Source: Lama guanicoe
Lineage: Eukaryota
DNA: 64,000 bases
Direction of reading: 5' to 3'
Assembly: GCA_013239625.1 (NCBI GenBank)
Contig: MU053934.1
Coordinates: 7,148,399 to 7,212,398, forward strand
Positions 49,777 through 64,000 of the stretch are shown here, piece by piece. The translations under genes and the position numbers were made by a program. Below the pieces are notes generated by a model. It was given only the letters and a program-made list of their open reading frames with translations, was not told where the DNA came from and ran no database searches. The number at the start of each line of letters is the position of its first letter. Position 1 is the stretch's first letter.

Positions 49777-52700
49777 ATAGAGCATGTCTGGCTTTGCCAG
49801 GCAGTGTGCTGACAGCTTTACGTGTCACTCCATTTAGTCCTGTGATGGTCTCAGGCAGTGGGATTTTACAGAAAGGGAAACAGGTTTGAAGAGGCAAAGT
49901 CACCCACAATCATACAGCCAAACGGAGGCAGATCCCACCTTCCAGAACCTTCCTCAGGGTGAGAACAAAGAGGGTATAGAGCCAAGACTTGAACGGTTTG
50001 ATATCAGGAGAGGTGTGTGCTTCCAACTAGCCCCGCGGGTTCCAGGAAAGGCCACAGCAGAGTTCAAGACTGTAAGGCCGTGTACAGACCCCGCTCCTGA
50101 ATCCCCGACTCCTCCATGTGCCGGCGAGGTGCATGCCAGGACGCACAAACCTGTAAACTACTGAGACCGCTTGCCAAAGATGCCATTGATTTGACTCTGA
50201 GTGCTCATGCCCTTTAACCTGCACCCAAAGGCCCACACACCACAACCGCTCCCTCTACACCCCACAGGGGCAGGTTCAAGAGTGAGTCAGCTCTGCCAAG
50301 CTCACCGGACCAGAAGTAAAACCGCTGGTGGTGACCCTCCAGGCAAGTGCACGGTCAGAGGCAAATGTTTTATCCAAAGCTGACACAGTAAGCCCAGAGC
50401 CGCCAGGGTCTTTTCAGTCAGCTTGAAAGGCAAGGATGAAAGAAAGCCCTTTGAGAATTCCTTAATTACAGCCCTGAGATGGCAATGAGCTTTGGCTATC
50501 TCGTTTGAATCCATCAGCCCCTGGCCCTCCCTGATATGGCCACCTTTCCTCCAGCTCCTCTCAGGAGAGGAGCAGCAAAGAGCTGGCCCTGCCCAGAAAT
50601 AAATGACCAGGTCTCCTGCCTACATTTCTATCCCTTCAGCTGTACCATGGAGCTAGAACTGATTCTGTGAGGACAAATGCACCTGAATCCGGGGAGTTCA
50701 TTGTACAGGTTGGGTTTCTTCCCAGTCAGACATGCTGTCAGCCAGGGAAGGCATCACTTGAAAAGACTTGGCCATTTCTTCATCTTATCCATTCAGAGAC
50801 AAAATGAAGGGGGGGGGAAGGATTAGGTGACCTCCAAAGGACCTTCAGAATTCCAGAATTTCTAATTGAACAGTCTGCCAATGCCACCAGCAGGCTGGCT
50901 ACCCACTGATGCACTCATAACTCAGTTTTTGAGGGTCTGGCAACACCCTCTTACCACTCACAAATATAGGATGAAGACCTACTGTGTGCTGAGGGCTGTG
51001 TGAGGGACTAGGGGTGTAGTGGTGAACAAACTGTCATGGTCCCTACCCTAATGGGACTTGTGATCGAATAACAACAAACAGTGACAAGTTCCGGAAGGAG
51101 CTCTCCAGCTGGTCAGGTTGCCTGGAGGAAGTGATATTTGAGGTAAGAACTGAAGGGAACTCTGGGGCAAGGCTGCCTTCTAAAGGCTTGAGGCGGGGTG
51201 ACAAGGCCCACAAAGTGTGAGCTACATGCAGTGCCTCCCCCGCTGTGAATACCCGCCGCCCCTGAAGCTCATCCCTCCCATGTCACTTGTTTCCACGTCT
51301 GCTGTCACACGCAAAATGTGGTAACACAGCAGTTTTGAGGACAAGGACTGTGCTTTTATTCTTCTCCATCCTCCATGCCAGGCACACAGAGGGCGCTGGT
51401 ATTATCTTCTCAATGCCTGAACGGTGCTGGAAGCAGAGATTCCGTCCCATGTATACAGGAGGGGACTGAGAGGTTGCCGAGCGCCCAGCTAGAGGAGCAG
51501 GCAGTGGAGTAACTTATATCCTTTATTTATCAGTTCTTAATCCAGTGAGTCCCTTGAGCTCTCCACACAAAAGCTGAAAGAACTGACTCGGCACAGGATC
51601 AGATACTAACTTCGTGGATGGCAGATGAGCAGCTAACCCTTCTGCCAGGCACAAACCAGCAGGAGCGCGTCACAGTTCCTTCACTGCACTTACAGGCTGT
51701 CAGTCAGATTCAGGGTCCGAGTTAGTTTACCTCTGAGTCCCCCGTGTCCAGGCAGGCCGGGAGGGCCCGGGGCTGGGCCTTTCAGTGTCACTACGTCCCC
51801 TGCAGATGCGCAGCAGCGCCACATCCTGTACACACATCAGGGCCTCCTGTCTCAGGCACCTTGCTTACACGCTATCCCAAACCCTACTCTGAAACCCCCT
51901 TTCCAAACAGGAGTCACAACTGATCTTCGGGCGGTGAAACCTGTGATGTGTGCTTGAAAACACCAAGGAGTAAGGGGTATCCTTGGAGAACCATGGACTC
52001 TGGGCTCTGCTGTCAGACGGTGCTCTGGCAGCCCTCATTACTGCAGGACTCCATTCTAGCTCTCCCACCTACCTTCCAGCTCATCCCCACCCAGGCTCCC
52101 AACTTGCCCGGCACTGGAACACAAAGTCTAGGAGCCCCTCACCTTAACGCCCCCTGAACCACTGCCTGGACAAGCCCTGACCTCAGTGGGCTCCCCACTC
52201 TCAAAACAGGTTGATGCAGTTTACCTGGCAGGGTCCCACAAGGGTGAGACATTGAGGCCCCTTGCTGCGTGTCTATCAACAGCCTCAGTTTCCAGCCACC
52301 TTGAGCCTGACCTGTGTGCTCTGGCTCAGCTCTGACCCAAACTAGCCCTGTTGCTGCCTCAGGCCTCACTCTGTCCCAGCTCCTGGTTTTCAGTTCTCAC
52401 CCCTAACACTCACCAGCCCCACCCCTAGTTCCTGAAATTTGTACTCATCGCATAGGCGGGTGAAGGAAGTGAGGCTCCCCACCCTGCAAGGGCACCCTTT
52501 GTTGTTTGAGTTTTAAAGCACAAATTCCAAACTTCAACAACATTAAAGATCAACTGCATTATCAATCTTTAAGTGTTCAAGATGACAAACTGAAAAATGG
52601 ATGAAATGGAAACCGAGAAATTCCAATTCTCAGATCTAACTCAAAGACAGAACACATAATAATGTAGGGAGGAAGGATGTGTTTAAACAAAGTTGTTTTA

Positions 52701-54149
52701 GACCTGAGGGACCTGCTCCCGAGCACAGTGCATGCCCCACCTGTGAGCCATCACCCTGAAGACCCTGCCCTGAAGCTCCCGTCTCTGGGCGTGAGCACAC
52801 ATGCACACACGCATCCTTCAGCCAGGCACCCAGGAGGCGGCGGGAGCACACGGCCGCCTGTGACCGGGTCACCACCCATCTCACTCTCCCTCACACCCCA
52901 GGTGGGTGCTGCGTGAGCGGCACCTCCCTGCATAAGAGCTGCTGCCAACCCAGGTAGTGAGGCCAGCAGCTTTTGGCAGAAACACTAAACAGCAAACAGA
53001 AGCTTGGCCTCACAGCCCTCGCACTCCACAGAGGCCATCGTCCTTTCTCCTCCAGCGCGCTCACGGTGGGAATCAGATCCCCAGCCCTCCTCAGTGCTGG
53101 GGAATACAGACGGTGTCCCCTCTCACTGAATACTCCTGGCTGATAACTATGTCCCCGTGGGTAATCTCTCCTCCCAAGATCGCTCCTTGTTCACTCGTTC
53201 ATCTGCCAAACATCTGAGTGCTTAGTAAGTACCAATCCTGAGCATCTCCCACGCTACCTCTCCTGCTCTCCCCCAGCAGAGCTCCACTTCCTCCTGCACA
53301 CCCCAGAAAGTCCTACAGCACCTCACACAGTGATCTGCCTCCTCCCTCAAGGAACTCACCTCCAAATGTCACAGCCAAAGCTCCTGGAGGGCAGGAGATG
53401 GTTCTAGAATGACTCACTCCAGTGAGTTCCTTTAGTGTAAAGGAGTAAAATTAAGCACAAAAGACTTTTCCACTGCAAGACCACAAGGTTCCCTTTAGAT
53501 TTGTACAGCCCTGTGGGTCACACCAGTGAGAAGTGGCCTTCCATGGGAAAGAGGGACTTGCTGGCAGCTTAGAGTGATATGCGGCTGACAGCGTGCACTT
53601 ATGTTGCCCAAAGCCGAGCAGGGCCAGTTCAGCCTGTGCAATGGCTCCTCCACTCAGTGAACACCCATGCTGGAGGACGAGGACGGCAGCACTGCTGATT
53701 TATACGAGCTGAAGAGTAATTTCAGGGAAAGCATCACACAGTGAGCAGAGCCTGCCTAGAAAATAAAACTATTTGCCTTAGCATCCTTCATAAAGAGGTG
53801 TTCTTGTCTGATGACATTACACTGCAGTTAAGAATTCAACAAGGAGCCTAAGGGTTTACATCAGTGACAGAACTTATTCAAGCTACTTGGTTTAATATAT
53901 GCTGACAATACATACTGGCAACTTTCACCTAGTTCTTTTTTTTTAACAAGAAGCTGAAGACTTCTATAATAACACTATATTTAGCTACTTAATCTCTCCA
54001 TAGCAGTTTCTGCCATCGACTGGGTAATCAAGACAGTGCTGACAAATCACCCACAGGAACAGATTATATGGGGTGTGAATGCCGATGACCCCATCTCCCA
54101 TATCAGAGGGACCGAGCTCCCAGCCAGCACCTGTCTGGATGCCCGACAC

Positions 54150-54340
54150 CACTTTACATGTATTCATTCCCTTAACTCTCACAATACTAGGAGGTGGTTA
54201 CTATTATTATCCCCACTTCACAGACTGGGAAATTGAGGAAAAGAAAAATCAGTAACTTGCCCAAACCCACACACACATAGTAAGTGACAAGGCAGGGAGT
54301 TAAACCTAGGCCACCTGGTTCCAAAGCGTGTATCTGGACT
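54150..54340 (-). mobile_element. MIR SINE
   Basis: attattatccccacttcacagactgggaaattgagg...gtaacttgcccaaaccc. Confidence 0.75.
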
Positions 54341-56144
54341 CGTCCCGTTGCCTCTCCTGGTCTATCCCTCACACGGCCTTTTGTGTGCCAGCCTCTCTGT
54401 ACTGCCAACTCACTCAAGGCAGGTGCCGGTTAACACCAGATGGCAATGTCACCACAGTTATCAAACAGAAATTCTCCCCCGACCGTAAAGTATTCTGTCT
54501 ATAGCTTGGGATCGGTAATGAAAAAAACCTGCATTTCCAAAGGCTGGCCTCACAAGGGCTCATAGAAGGCTCTGCAGCCAGCACCAGCTCCCCAGGTGCT
54601 TCTGCACCGCTGGTGAGACCACTGCCTCCCAGGGGCCAGCAAGCAGGACCTGCCTGTCTGTGCATCCAGACCTGCACGTGGGCCCTGAGCTCCAGCATTA
54701 TCCCAGAGGCTTCTCCACACTACATCTGGGAACTGCCTGTTCTGACCTCTGCACACTGTGAGAATGCACCTGACCACACCAGGGAGCCGCCGCTGCTGCT
54801 GAGCGGCTGGGACACACCCATAACCCTGGTGCTGCTCCATCACACCTGCCGTCTTCAGTGAAATGCTTCCGGGGCATCTGAGCCTTTCTGACTACTGAAA
54901 TTTGAGCTTTGGCCTGGATACCTGCCAGGAAGGCTGCTACCAGCTGAGGGGTAGGGACTCAGGCTATCACATTTCCCACAGGAATTCACAGGACCTAGCA
55001 CACGGTAGGTGCTCAACAAACACATACTTTTAATAAAATGAAGTATTCAACTAAGTAAGGGTCAATAATGACCCTTCCCCCAGTACATACAGAAGAAAAG
55101 TGTTGAGAGAATTTTGAGCTCCTCGCTCATCTTTTAAAACGTGGGCTCTTGTGATCACTTGTCTCTGTTAGGCTACAATATCAGATGGCATTTCATGTCA
55201 GACAAAACTGCACACCTAACTAATGTGTCCACAGAGCTAATGTGAGCTAGTCCCCAGCTAAGCCCAGGCCTACCCTCATCTCTCACAGCACTGGAGCCTT
55301 TTGTGTCAGGAAAGCACCCACGTGGTGCCGATGTCTGCATTTTTATTTCATCCTGGCAGCCTCCCTCGAAGGCCAGTATCATCCCCCTCTTAGAGATGAA
55401 AACTCTGAAGCTCAGATCAGTCAAGCAACTTGCCCAAGATCACACAGATAGCTAGTAATGATACAGCTGGAATGAGAACCCAGATCTTCCCAACTGCAAA
55501 ACCAGGGCTCTTTCTACTAAGCCCACAGCTGCTGGGAAGGCTCCAGAGGTTTTGCCACATGAACACAATTTTATCAGAAATGGACCTTGCTTTAACCAGC
55601 AGGCAGGAATTACGTGGGGCTCAGGAAGAGTGACCTCCAAAAAAACCCACAAAATAATCTGACTGGGAAAGGAGTTCCTCCTGGCACAGAATGATAGGAA
55701 GACACGACAACAAGCTAAGCTCAAGGGCAGCTTGTTCAGCCCTCTGGCTGCCTGCTTGCACTGTCCAGCATGACGGCGCATCACCGCCATCCATTTTTCT
55801 ATACGAAACTCGAAAGTAACGCTACCTCTCATGGCAAGCCCGGTAATTAGCATACGTCACTCCAAGTCACATCATGACTAAACATGGAAAGGAGCTCCAA
55901 GAATGGACAAACTGACAAGACCTTACTAAACACCTCTAACTGCTTTTGGTGTCAGACTTTTCTAGCAAGGTACCTTTACCACCGTCACTGACAGCTAAGC
56001 CACACCTAGATCTGACCACAAATGCCCAGCTAGTTTTGGGGCACACTCGTCTCATCCCCCAATCCTAGCCCCACAAAAGGGGAGGCCATTCAGGCACCAT
56101 TGGCTTAGTCTTTGCATTCATCTGGAAGAAATCATGGGCATTAC

Positions 56145-56204
56145 CTCCCAGAAGCTATCACTGGACACTTCTACTCCAACTGAATCGTCATAAGTGACAG
56201 ACAT
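56145..56204 (-). CDS. PACSIN2: PACSIN2 first coding exon (exon 2); start codon
   Basis: ATG at 56204; [20 protein letters not shown] then GAG|gtaatg. The exon acceptor tttttcttttatag| at 56283 adds 79 nt of 5'UTR. Confidence 0.96.
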
Positions 56205-57224
56205 CTCTTCAAATGGTGAGGGAGCAGCAGGGAATGCTTAAATTCGGCAGTCAACTTCAGGTGCTCAAAATCTGCAGACAAACCTATAAAAGAAAAACAT
56301 ATCATTGTGGTTTTAAAATTTCCAAGGTAAAAAAACAGCCATCTTCATTTTACAACTTTCATTTCCATTACTGCCTTCAGGAGAGAACAGTCTAAAATGT
56401 TTCCTGTAGGTGGGAGAAAGTCAGTAAACTCTAAACTCGCCACTGACATACATGTGTAGGTTATATGCATGTGTGTGTATTTCACATTGACAAGTAAACT
56501 TTTTCCATATCTTACTGAAGAGCTTTCTGAATAACAAACAGTCTACAACTTAGATCAACAGATTGATAACCTTACTAATCTTCCTCATCCCTTGGAGAAA
56601 GAGGCAGAAAACATGCAAGGAGAACATGCAAAAGCAGAGTCCCTGCATCTCTGGGCTCGCCCTGTTCCAGCCTGTCCTACCCCTCCGGCAGGACTAGGAC
56701 CTGGGGTAAAATGTGAGTGGAAATAATCCACCTTCGACATCTGACTCCACTCTCCACAGTTTCCTTGTGGTGGGTACTGTCTCCCCCTTTCCATGACTGA
56801 CTCATCTCAGCCACTGAAGGCCCAGATTCAGACCAGTTTATCCTGACACCATCTGTGTGAGGGTCAGCTAGAAAGAGTAAATTAAAGACAAACAAGCTAA
56901 ATTGATCACTTATGAGCAACGATTCAATGTTCTAAATCCAAGCAAGGGTAACAGGGTGATTATTTCCCCTGCTAGAGGACCCTCGCTACCTTCACAAGCA
57001 CAAATCATGTTGATGGAATGAGCAGTCCACAACCAGCTGAGGTGCCCTGACTTTCTGGGGAAAACAGTGACTCCACTCTCCTTTACATCACCCCGCATTC
57101 AGATCACACAGCCAGAGATCTGAAAGTTTCCTAACTGTCCAAAGCCTCAGCTTATCGCTGGGAGGGAAAAAGCAGGGCGGGGTAGGCAGAGTAATCTACA
57201 TGTTACAACTACGAAGGGCAAGAC

Positions 57225-57650
57225 TTTGTCCTAGGTACCTTCCCACATGTTATCACATTTAATCCCTGTGATTCCCTGTGAGACAGTCTAGAAGCATAGT
57301 AAGGAACACAGGCTGCCTGGGCTCTAATCTCAGACCCATTACTCACGAGCTGGGCAACAGTGGGCAAGTTACCTAACCTCTCTGTGCTTCCAGGGCCTTA
57401 TCTGTAAAAGAGAGACAGTAATGTAACCTACATCACAGAACTACTGTGAGGGTCAAATGCGGCAGTACACATAGGGGTGAACAGTATGTGGTCCCTAGTA
57501 AGCGCTATGGACATAGTAAATCGTAATATAATTATTATTAGATAGTAATTATTAGCACTATCATTACTTTTATCTCCACAGCTGAGAAAACTGATGCTCA
57601 GGGAGGCTAAGTAACTTGTCCAAGGTCACCTAAGCAATGAATGATGGAGA
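57225..57650. mobile_element. Nested MIRs (+ copy 57285-57545 inside a - copy)
   Basis: gggcaagttacctaacctctctgtgcttcc...atctgtaaaag inside cacatttaatccc...ctgagaaaactgatgctcagggaggctaagtaacttgtccaaggtcac. Confidence 0.7.
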
Positions 57651-60600
57651 CCAGCAGGACACCAACTCTACCTGTTTGTTAATGTAATGTTCTATCATAC
57701 CAAGATGTTTTCTAAAAACTATCTCAGATTTAAATAAATCATGTAGGTGTCTTACAACCCAAGATCTAATTGCAAATTAAAAGGTTTAATCTGAAAGATT
57801 TAACAGCTTCCAAACTTGACCACAGCCCTGTATGGCCAATAAATTTAAAGTAAAGAGCATATTATGATACCTCGAAGCCAAGCACTCCAAATGCACACAC
57901 GCTATAACCAGGCAGAGATGCGCAGGTGCCCCACAGCACTCTTCCTGACAGCATGCTGGCAGATCTCTGCTCTGTAATCACAGAGGCAGCATGTCCTTTT
58001 AGCCCTTCGATATCCCAAAGGCTGGGCAGACCACTCTGGCCTGGGCCCTGCTGCTTCTTGTTCCCGTATTCCCTGCCTGTGGAATCCCATGCTCTTAGCC
58101 AGGGCCCTCCTAGCAGCACCCCAGCCCATGACTGCAGCAGCAGAAAGTTTTCTACTCAAAGAGGCTGGTCTCTGCTCCAGGATCCTCAGGGAATATCTGG
58201 TCTTTTGGCTTATGCAGGTCTCAAGGTGGCAAATCAAGCCACTGGCTGGGCTGCCTGGCCAGCTACAGGGAGCAGCTGCAGGGAGCAGGTACAGGAGGGA
58301 GCAGGTGCCTGCTCTGGGTAGAGAAGCAGCTTCACACCTGAAAAGCTCTGGTAGAGGAATTCACTTTCTATCTGAATTCAGCCCTGGTTTAGACGCTAAT
58401 GGAAGATCAGTTCTGCACAAGATTCATTAAGAGCCTAATAAGTGCCAGGAGCCAAGAAGAGGTTGCCACTGGGCTCAGCACAAAAAGACACAGTCGACTT
58501 CTAGGAGCAAGAACCTGAATCACTGAGTAGAGACGCCCTGCCCAGTAACAAAACCAACAAACACTGGAGCTGCTGAGGGCCCTCGTGATGAGAGGTGCAC
58601 GTAGCTGACCAGTAAGAACTAGGGAAGTCCAGCTTTCCTTGCTCAAGTCACTCAGTGGCAACTTGGTAATCTTCCCTCAGTCCAGGGCCCTGTATCTCCC
58701 CAAAGCACCATGCTCAGCCACTGCGACATCCCCAAGATCACAAGTGTGCAAGGGCCAAGCTGACCCCATTGGCACCCCGTGTGGCCACAGCCCAGTGTGT
58801 AACGACTGCAGTGAGCTCACCTATCCGCGAGTGTGCTGCTTAGAGCCAGCTCCCTGCACAGATTCTCAGTTCTTGTTCCCCATCTCCCACTCACACGTTC
58901 TCCAAGCTTATATATAAGTGCCATTATCTAAGTAAATGTCATACTCTAAGAAAAACAGAATCTGGAGAGCCAATCTCTTTTTGTAAAATCGTGCAAGGAC
59001 TTTCAGACCCAATACAAATGACTTTTGGAAGTGTATACCACCACACTTCTGACTTATAATGATTCAGAACTGATGGCATTTTCCTCCTGAACCCTTGAAG
59101 CAGATCTTGCACAGAGTCTCACTGAACTGTTCAGTCTCCTCTAAAAGGTCAAAAGTCAGCAAAGACATTCAAAGTCCTAGAGAAGAAACTGAAGCAAGGC
59201 ATAAAAAACCCAACTACACATAGAAAGTAAGATGCAGAACTGAAGATCTCCTGCCCAAAAAGTTAGTGAGATAACGCAGATGGAAGCCTAGGATGGCGAC
59301 GATCGGGAAAGCTCAGGTTCGCGAGCTCCACCACTGATAAGCTAGGTGGTGGCTGTGGGAAAGCCACCTGTTCTCTGAGACCCAGTTTCCAGAGCTGTGT
59401 TCCACCAGGTTTGAGTGACAGTCAAACGAAGTGGTGCATGAAGGCCCCAGGATCCCAGGTTGCAGCCCATGGCAGGGCCTCCCTCAGTGGGAGCCTCATC
59501 CTGGGCCAACACCTTTGGCTCCAAGTGTCCTCACTACTTCCTTCAGCTCCACGTGACAGTCATAAGGCAGACAGGAAAAAGAGAGGGCCTGGGGGACAAG
59601 GTCTTTGCCACAGAGAAAGCACAACTGGTATGAAAGCACAGGTTGACCTGAAAACTCATCCCTGACATTCACAGAGCAATGCCAACCTCTGGGAGTCTTG
59701 AGTCCAGACCGTAGTTGCCCAAGCAGAGTTCTCAATCAGCAACTACCAAAGCTCTCCTTTCCTGCCCTGCAGTAGGGGTCCTGCCCAACCGTCTACTCCT
59801 CCTAAAGCACCCTGGACCAGTCTCAGTGGCCCCGGTCTCTCCTGGCTCCCTCCTCCCTCTCTGACAAACCCGTTTTCTTCTCCCCATCACTGGCACACCC
59901 CATGGTCCATTCTTGAGTTTCTTCCTGTACCTCCCAGCAATGTCTCATCCTCTCCTATGGCTTCAAATATCACCAATATGTGGGAAGCAGCAGCACTTCT
60001 TCCAAGAGTCAGCCTCTCAATAAAGTAAGGATGAGAGTATTTTCCTCACAGGAATGTATGGGGATTAGAGATGAGGAAGCAAAGTCACGTGGTACACATC
60101 TGACACCCCAAGAGTGGTAGCTGTTGCTTTTAAAATCATGACCCAGCAAACCACCAACAGGCAGTGAGAAATGCCAGAGTCTGGGGCTGGATGTGCTTTT
60201 TGTTTTCCCATAAGGGTTGCTACTGGCATAAGCACTTGTATGAGGTCTTCCCCACCACCGTGACACTAGCACCAGCCCTCCTCCACTCAGCATCCCTACC
60301 GCCCAGGAAGACTTTGTCACGCGCCAGGCGCTGCACTAAGCGCTCTGCATGGGCTGGCAGTCTGCACCACCAAAGGTGTTCAGTAACGATCTAATGACTA
60401 AAAGACGGCCCCAAAGAAGGCTCCTTGTGCTGAAGCCATGTCTGTGTCAAATAAAGCAAGTCTGCTTCAACCAGGTGTGGTTCTGTTGCTTCACCTGGGA
60501 GCCCAGGGTAAGCATAAACCAACATCTAACAGCTCCCACATACCAAGCACCTTTCAGCACTGCCCAAAAAAAGAAAGTCAAGAATTATTATACCCATAAA

Positions 60601-61330
60601 ACAGGAATGGGCTGCTATGAAAAAGGAGTGATTAGGACATAAGTAAATATTTTCACTCAATTTTTAAGAACCTTATTACCAAAATAAACATTTTAATGTT
60701 TGACTTGTATAGCAGAATGACAAGATTAAAGATGAAGCTAGTGACCTGGATGATAAGACCACAGGAATTTCCAATCACACAAAACAAAAAGAGTAAGAGA
60801 TGGTTAAGGGACAGGGAGGAGCCATCCTCAGGTCCCACAGGCTGGAAGGAGAAGGGGGAGCCCTGCTGTAGGCTCCACTGTGCATCTCATTTACCATGCA
60901 GCCCTAGTGCCCCTCAGTACTGCACGTCGTAGGTGCTCAACAAAGGTCTGAGTGAGTGAGTGAGTGAATAATGAACCAGGTCTTCCAGGCTTTCCCTCCT
61001 CTTTCCGAGGCCTCTGGGAGGAGTGCAGCTCTGCTGTGGCCACTCGGTGAACTGCCGGTCATCAGTGGAGCACTGGGCAGGCCCTCAGGCAGGCTCCCCT
61101 CAGAGACCTTAAAATTCCAGTTGCACAAGGGGCAGGGAAAGTGTGTTTCTGCCTGGGACTTTGTCTGCTCATGGAAGGTATAAAAGCAACAAACTTGAAA
61201 CTTGAGAGCAAGAAAATCCTAAGTGTAAAGATGTACAAATCATCACACCCTTTCCCTTCCCTCTTCCTGAAAAACACATTCATGGCCCCCCATGTGTCCT
61301 GGGCACACTGGATACCCTCAAAAGATGTTT

Positions 61331-61422
61331 GATACAAATATACATATGTATATGCATGACGGGGCCATTGTGCTGTACACGAGACTGACACATTGTAATT
61401 GACTGTACTTCAATTAAAAAAA
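61331..61422 (+). mobile_element. About 90-bp young L1 3' end with poly(A) and perfect TSD
   Basis: tgtgctgtacac...acacattgtaattgactgtacttcaatt then an A run; aaaagatgttt at 61320-61330 and 61423-61433. Confidence 0.85.
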
Positions 61423-62014
61423 AAAAGATGTTTACTAAATACATTCTAAGAGACATTCTTCAGGAATCCAAGAATGATTGAGGTGAGGGAAAACAGTTCC
61501 AGATCTCCAGATTCCAGGGACTTCTGCAACTGATGAATGTAAACACTGTTGAGTGAGAGCCATTCCTAAAATGTGTGCAGTCTCAAAGGTTAATGCAGGA
61601 TGCCAAGGGTGCCCTTGGCCCAGGCTTGGAGCTGGAATAACCTCTTTTCTCCCCTGTGGGCCTGATAACAGGTATCAGGTAAACAAAAGGTACAAATTAC
61701 ATAAGTACATCTAACTCCCCCTTAATGCCCTTACTTTGATCCAAGAAGAAAAAACAGAACAAGTCATTAGGCCAAAAGGCTATTCTTATAAAGCAAGAAC
61801 ATTCTGAGTGAAGGCACATGTTCCCTGTCTCCTCTGTAAGCTGGCCTCAGAAAAAGCCGTGCCCTGCAGGGGAACACACACTAGATCTAAGGTTTGTTTC
61901 ACTGCAGTTACCCAAGGTGGGAAATTCTTCACTAACTGGAAATGACTACAACTTCTTCTAAGACACGTTTTGGCCTGGATGAGGGGAGAATCATTCCTTA
62001 AGTAAGGGATGGAT

Positions 62015-62400
62015 TTACTTATTCATTCTGCAATACCTACTATCTGCCAGGCACTCTTCTAAGTCCTCGGAATGGAGCAGTGAACCAGACAGATGTGGTC
62101 CTTGCCTGCCTCAGGCTGACAGCCTCATAAGGCATACTGACACGCAGTAAAGTAAAAGCAGAGACAGAGTGTGAGAAGAGCTGGATGGAGATAAATAAAA
62201 GAGTAGAGGGAAGAGCAGGAGGGAGGGGCTTGTGGAGGCAGAATGGTGGGGCCTCTCAGAGGAACCCAGGTGGAGGGCAAGTGGGCATGTGAAGGGCAGG
62301 AAGAGACCTTTCCAGCAGCAGGAGGCCCCAGGGGGCAAAGGTCCCTGTACCAGCCCCAGCAGGGCAGGAGCCCACACACCTGCCTGAGGCAGCACTGAGG
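62015..62400 (-). mobile_element. L2 LINE 3' fragment
   Basis: attcattctgcaatacctactatctgccaggcactcttctaagtcctcggaatggagcagtgaaccagacaga. Confidence 0.65.
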
Positions 62401-64000
62401 TCTCTAGGGAAGAAGCTGTGTGGTAACACAGATCTTATATCTGTGCTAATGGATAAAAATTCAAGCCTCAAGTGCTTGTAAGATATGCTACTGAAAACCA
62501 AGCACAGTCTTCCATACCTGTCCTTACCTGCTGTTACCTGTCTCTCAACATGTGATATATTTAACAAAAGAGAAACACCTAGCCTTTGACTCAACTATTT
62601 CTTCTAAAACTTTTCCTACAGATAAATTCATCCAGAGTCAAAGGTAGGTACTCACTGTGGCATTGTTTTTAATAGGAAGAAAAACTAATAACACCGAAAG
62701 CTACCTCACAGTCCACCAAGAATCAGAAACGCTGGCACACCTCTGGAATGGAACACAGGCAGCCAGAGGAGAGAGAGGGAGGGGAACTGTGTGCACAGAC
62801 GTGAGCGACGTGACGACATCCCGCGTGCCGTGTGAACACAGTGGGTTGCAGCCCAGTAGGTATAGTCTGACCCCCCTGGTATTAAACCACAATTGGGTAC
62901 CCACCAAAGTATGCCAATGCACAGGAAGTCCCACAGGGGCCTCAGACTTGCTCTGGGGACAGGGGGGCTTCCACATTTTGCCTCACAATCTTCTAAACAA
63001 TTGGGAAATTTTGACTATCAGCATGTAATACTTTTAGGATACAAAAACTAGTTCATAAAAATACCCTACTTTGTTTCATTAATGGCTTGTGTTGGAAGGA
63101 AGGAGGGGGTCCCTCTGGGCCACGTGACTGCACCACACCTTCGAGAGAGGAGTCCACACACATATCAAGGAATGACCACCCCTCTGCAAACACCCCCAGC
63201 TCTGCCTGCCACAGGTGTCCCCTCAGGGATCTCGGTCATCTCCTCACGGTGTCCTGGCTTCCCCCGTCCCTTCTGTCTATTCTCAACACAGAAACCCTTT
63301 CAAAACTCAAGTCGGACCACACAACACTCACTCCATAAAATTTTGCTGGATGAATTCAGGATGAGAAAAGTTGAATTGAAGAGTCAGGATAATTTTGATT
63401 TATACAGACTGAAGATCCACAGAGGGAAATAACCGGAGCATTTATGTGAAGATATTTTAAGTCCAGTGGTTAGAGTTCTTTTATAAACACTACTGCAGAC
63501 GTTAAACTAAACCACAAGTAGGTTCAGCAACCCTAGTGCGGGATGTGCGGCTCAGCCTCGGGTTGTGTACCAACAGCCACACAGGAAGCCCTCCTGCGGC
63601 TCCGCCCCAGGGCCCCGACCACCCCGGGGCCCACAGGTTCCTGGTTCCTCCCTGCCTCCAGCTCTGACTCAGGCTATTCCTGTACATCCAGTCAGTCCCT
63701 CTGAGAAAGGACGGGGTTTCCTACTTCTCTCTGGCCCTCAAGCTGCCCCCTATATGGTGGGTGCTCAGGGAGTCAGGCCTGCACCATTAGCAAAGCAGGA
63801 ACACTTTTTTTTTAATGACTCTAATGTCTGGCACAGCCTATTTTGTTTCCAATGATTTTATCTGGGAAAGTGAACATTCCTCAAAGGAAGAGATAGAGAT
63901 CAGCAAATAAAGTGACTTATATCTCTGGAACACTGTGTAGTGCATTTACCTCAGCAACGGAAAACAGCTTGTGTGTTACAGGATGCTTGGCTTTAAAGGC

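Noticed and set aside
49357..49785. Poly-alanine ORFs
   Set aside because: They are translations of the CAG/CTG microsatellite with no exon signals.

Overview
Mammalian genomic DNA, probably a camelid judging by its tRNA-derived SINE family (inference). It holds two tandem minus-strand genes. PACSIN2 (syndapin-2) is present from the ATG exon at 56204 to the stop at 25151, with a 3'UTR to about 23490; its exon 1 was not found in the window. The 5' part of ARFGAP3 (CpG-island promoter, coding exons 1-3) continues off the left edge. The rest is introns and intergenic DNA with L1, L2, MIR, MaLR/ERV1 LTR, MER5 and SINE relics. The notable signals are splicing-related. (1) PACSIN2 exon 4 lacks its last 10 nt and its donor, but contains a perfect in-frame internal donor that would delete 59 aa including the F-BAR wedge loop. 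This is either a real lesion or an assembly error. (2) PACSIN2 intron 7 has a 6-nt Asp-Glu microexon with the SRRM4-type UGC signature. (3) ARFGAP3 intron 2 has a candidate stop-containing exon whose donor is locked in an 11-bp hairpin. (4) A diverged 140-bp local duplicate is inserted into an MLT1 LTR. Comparisons with human and rat proteins are from memory, and repeat subfamily names and boundaries are approximate.
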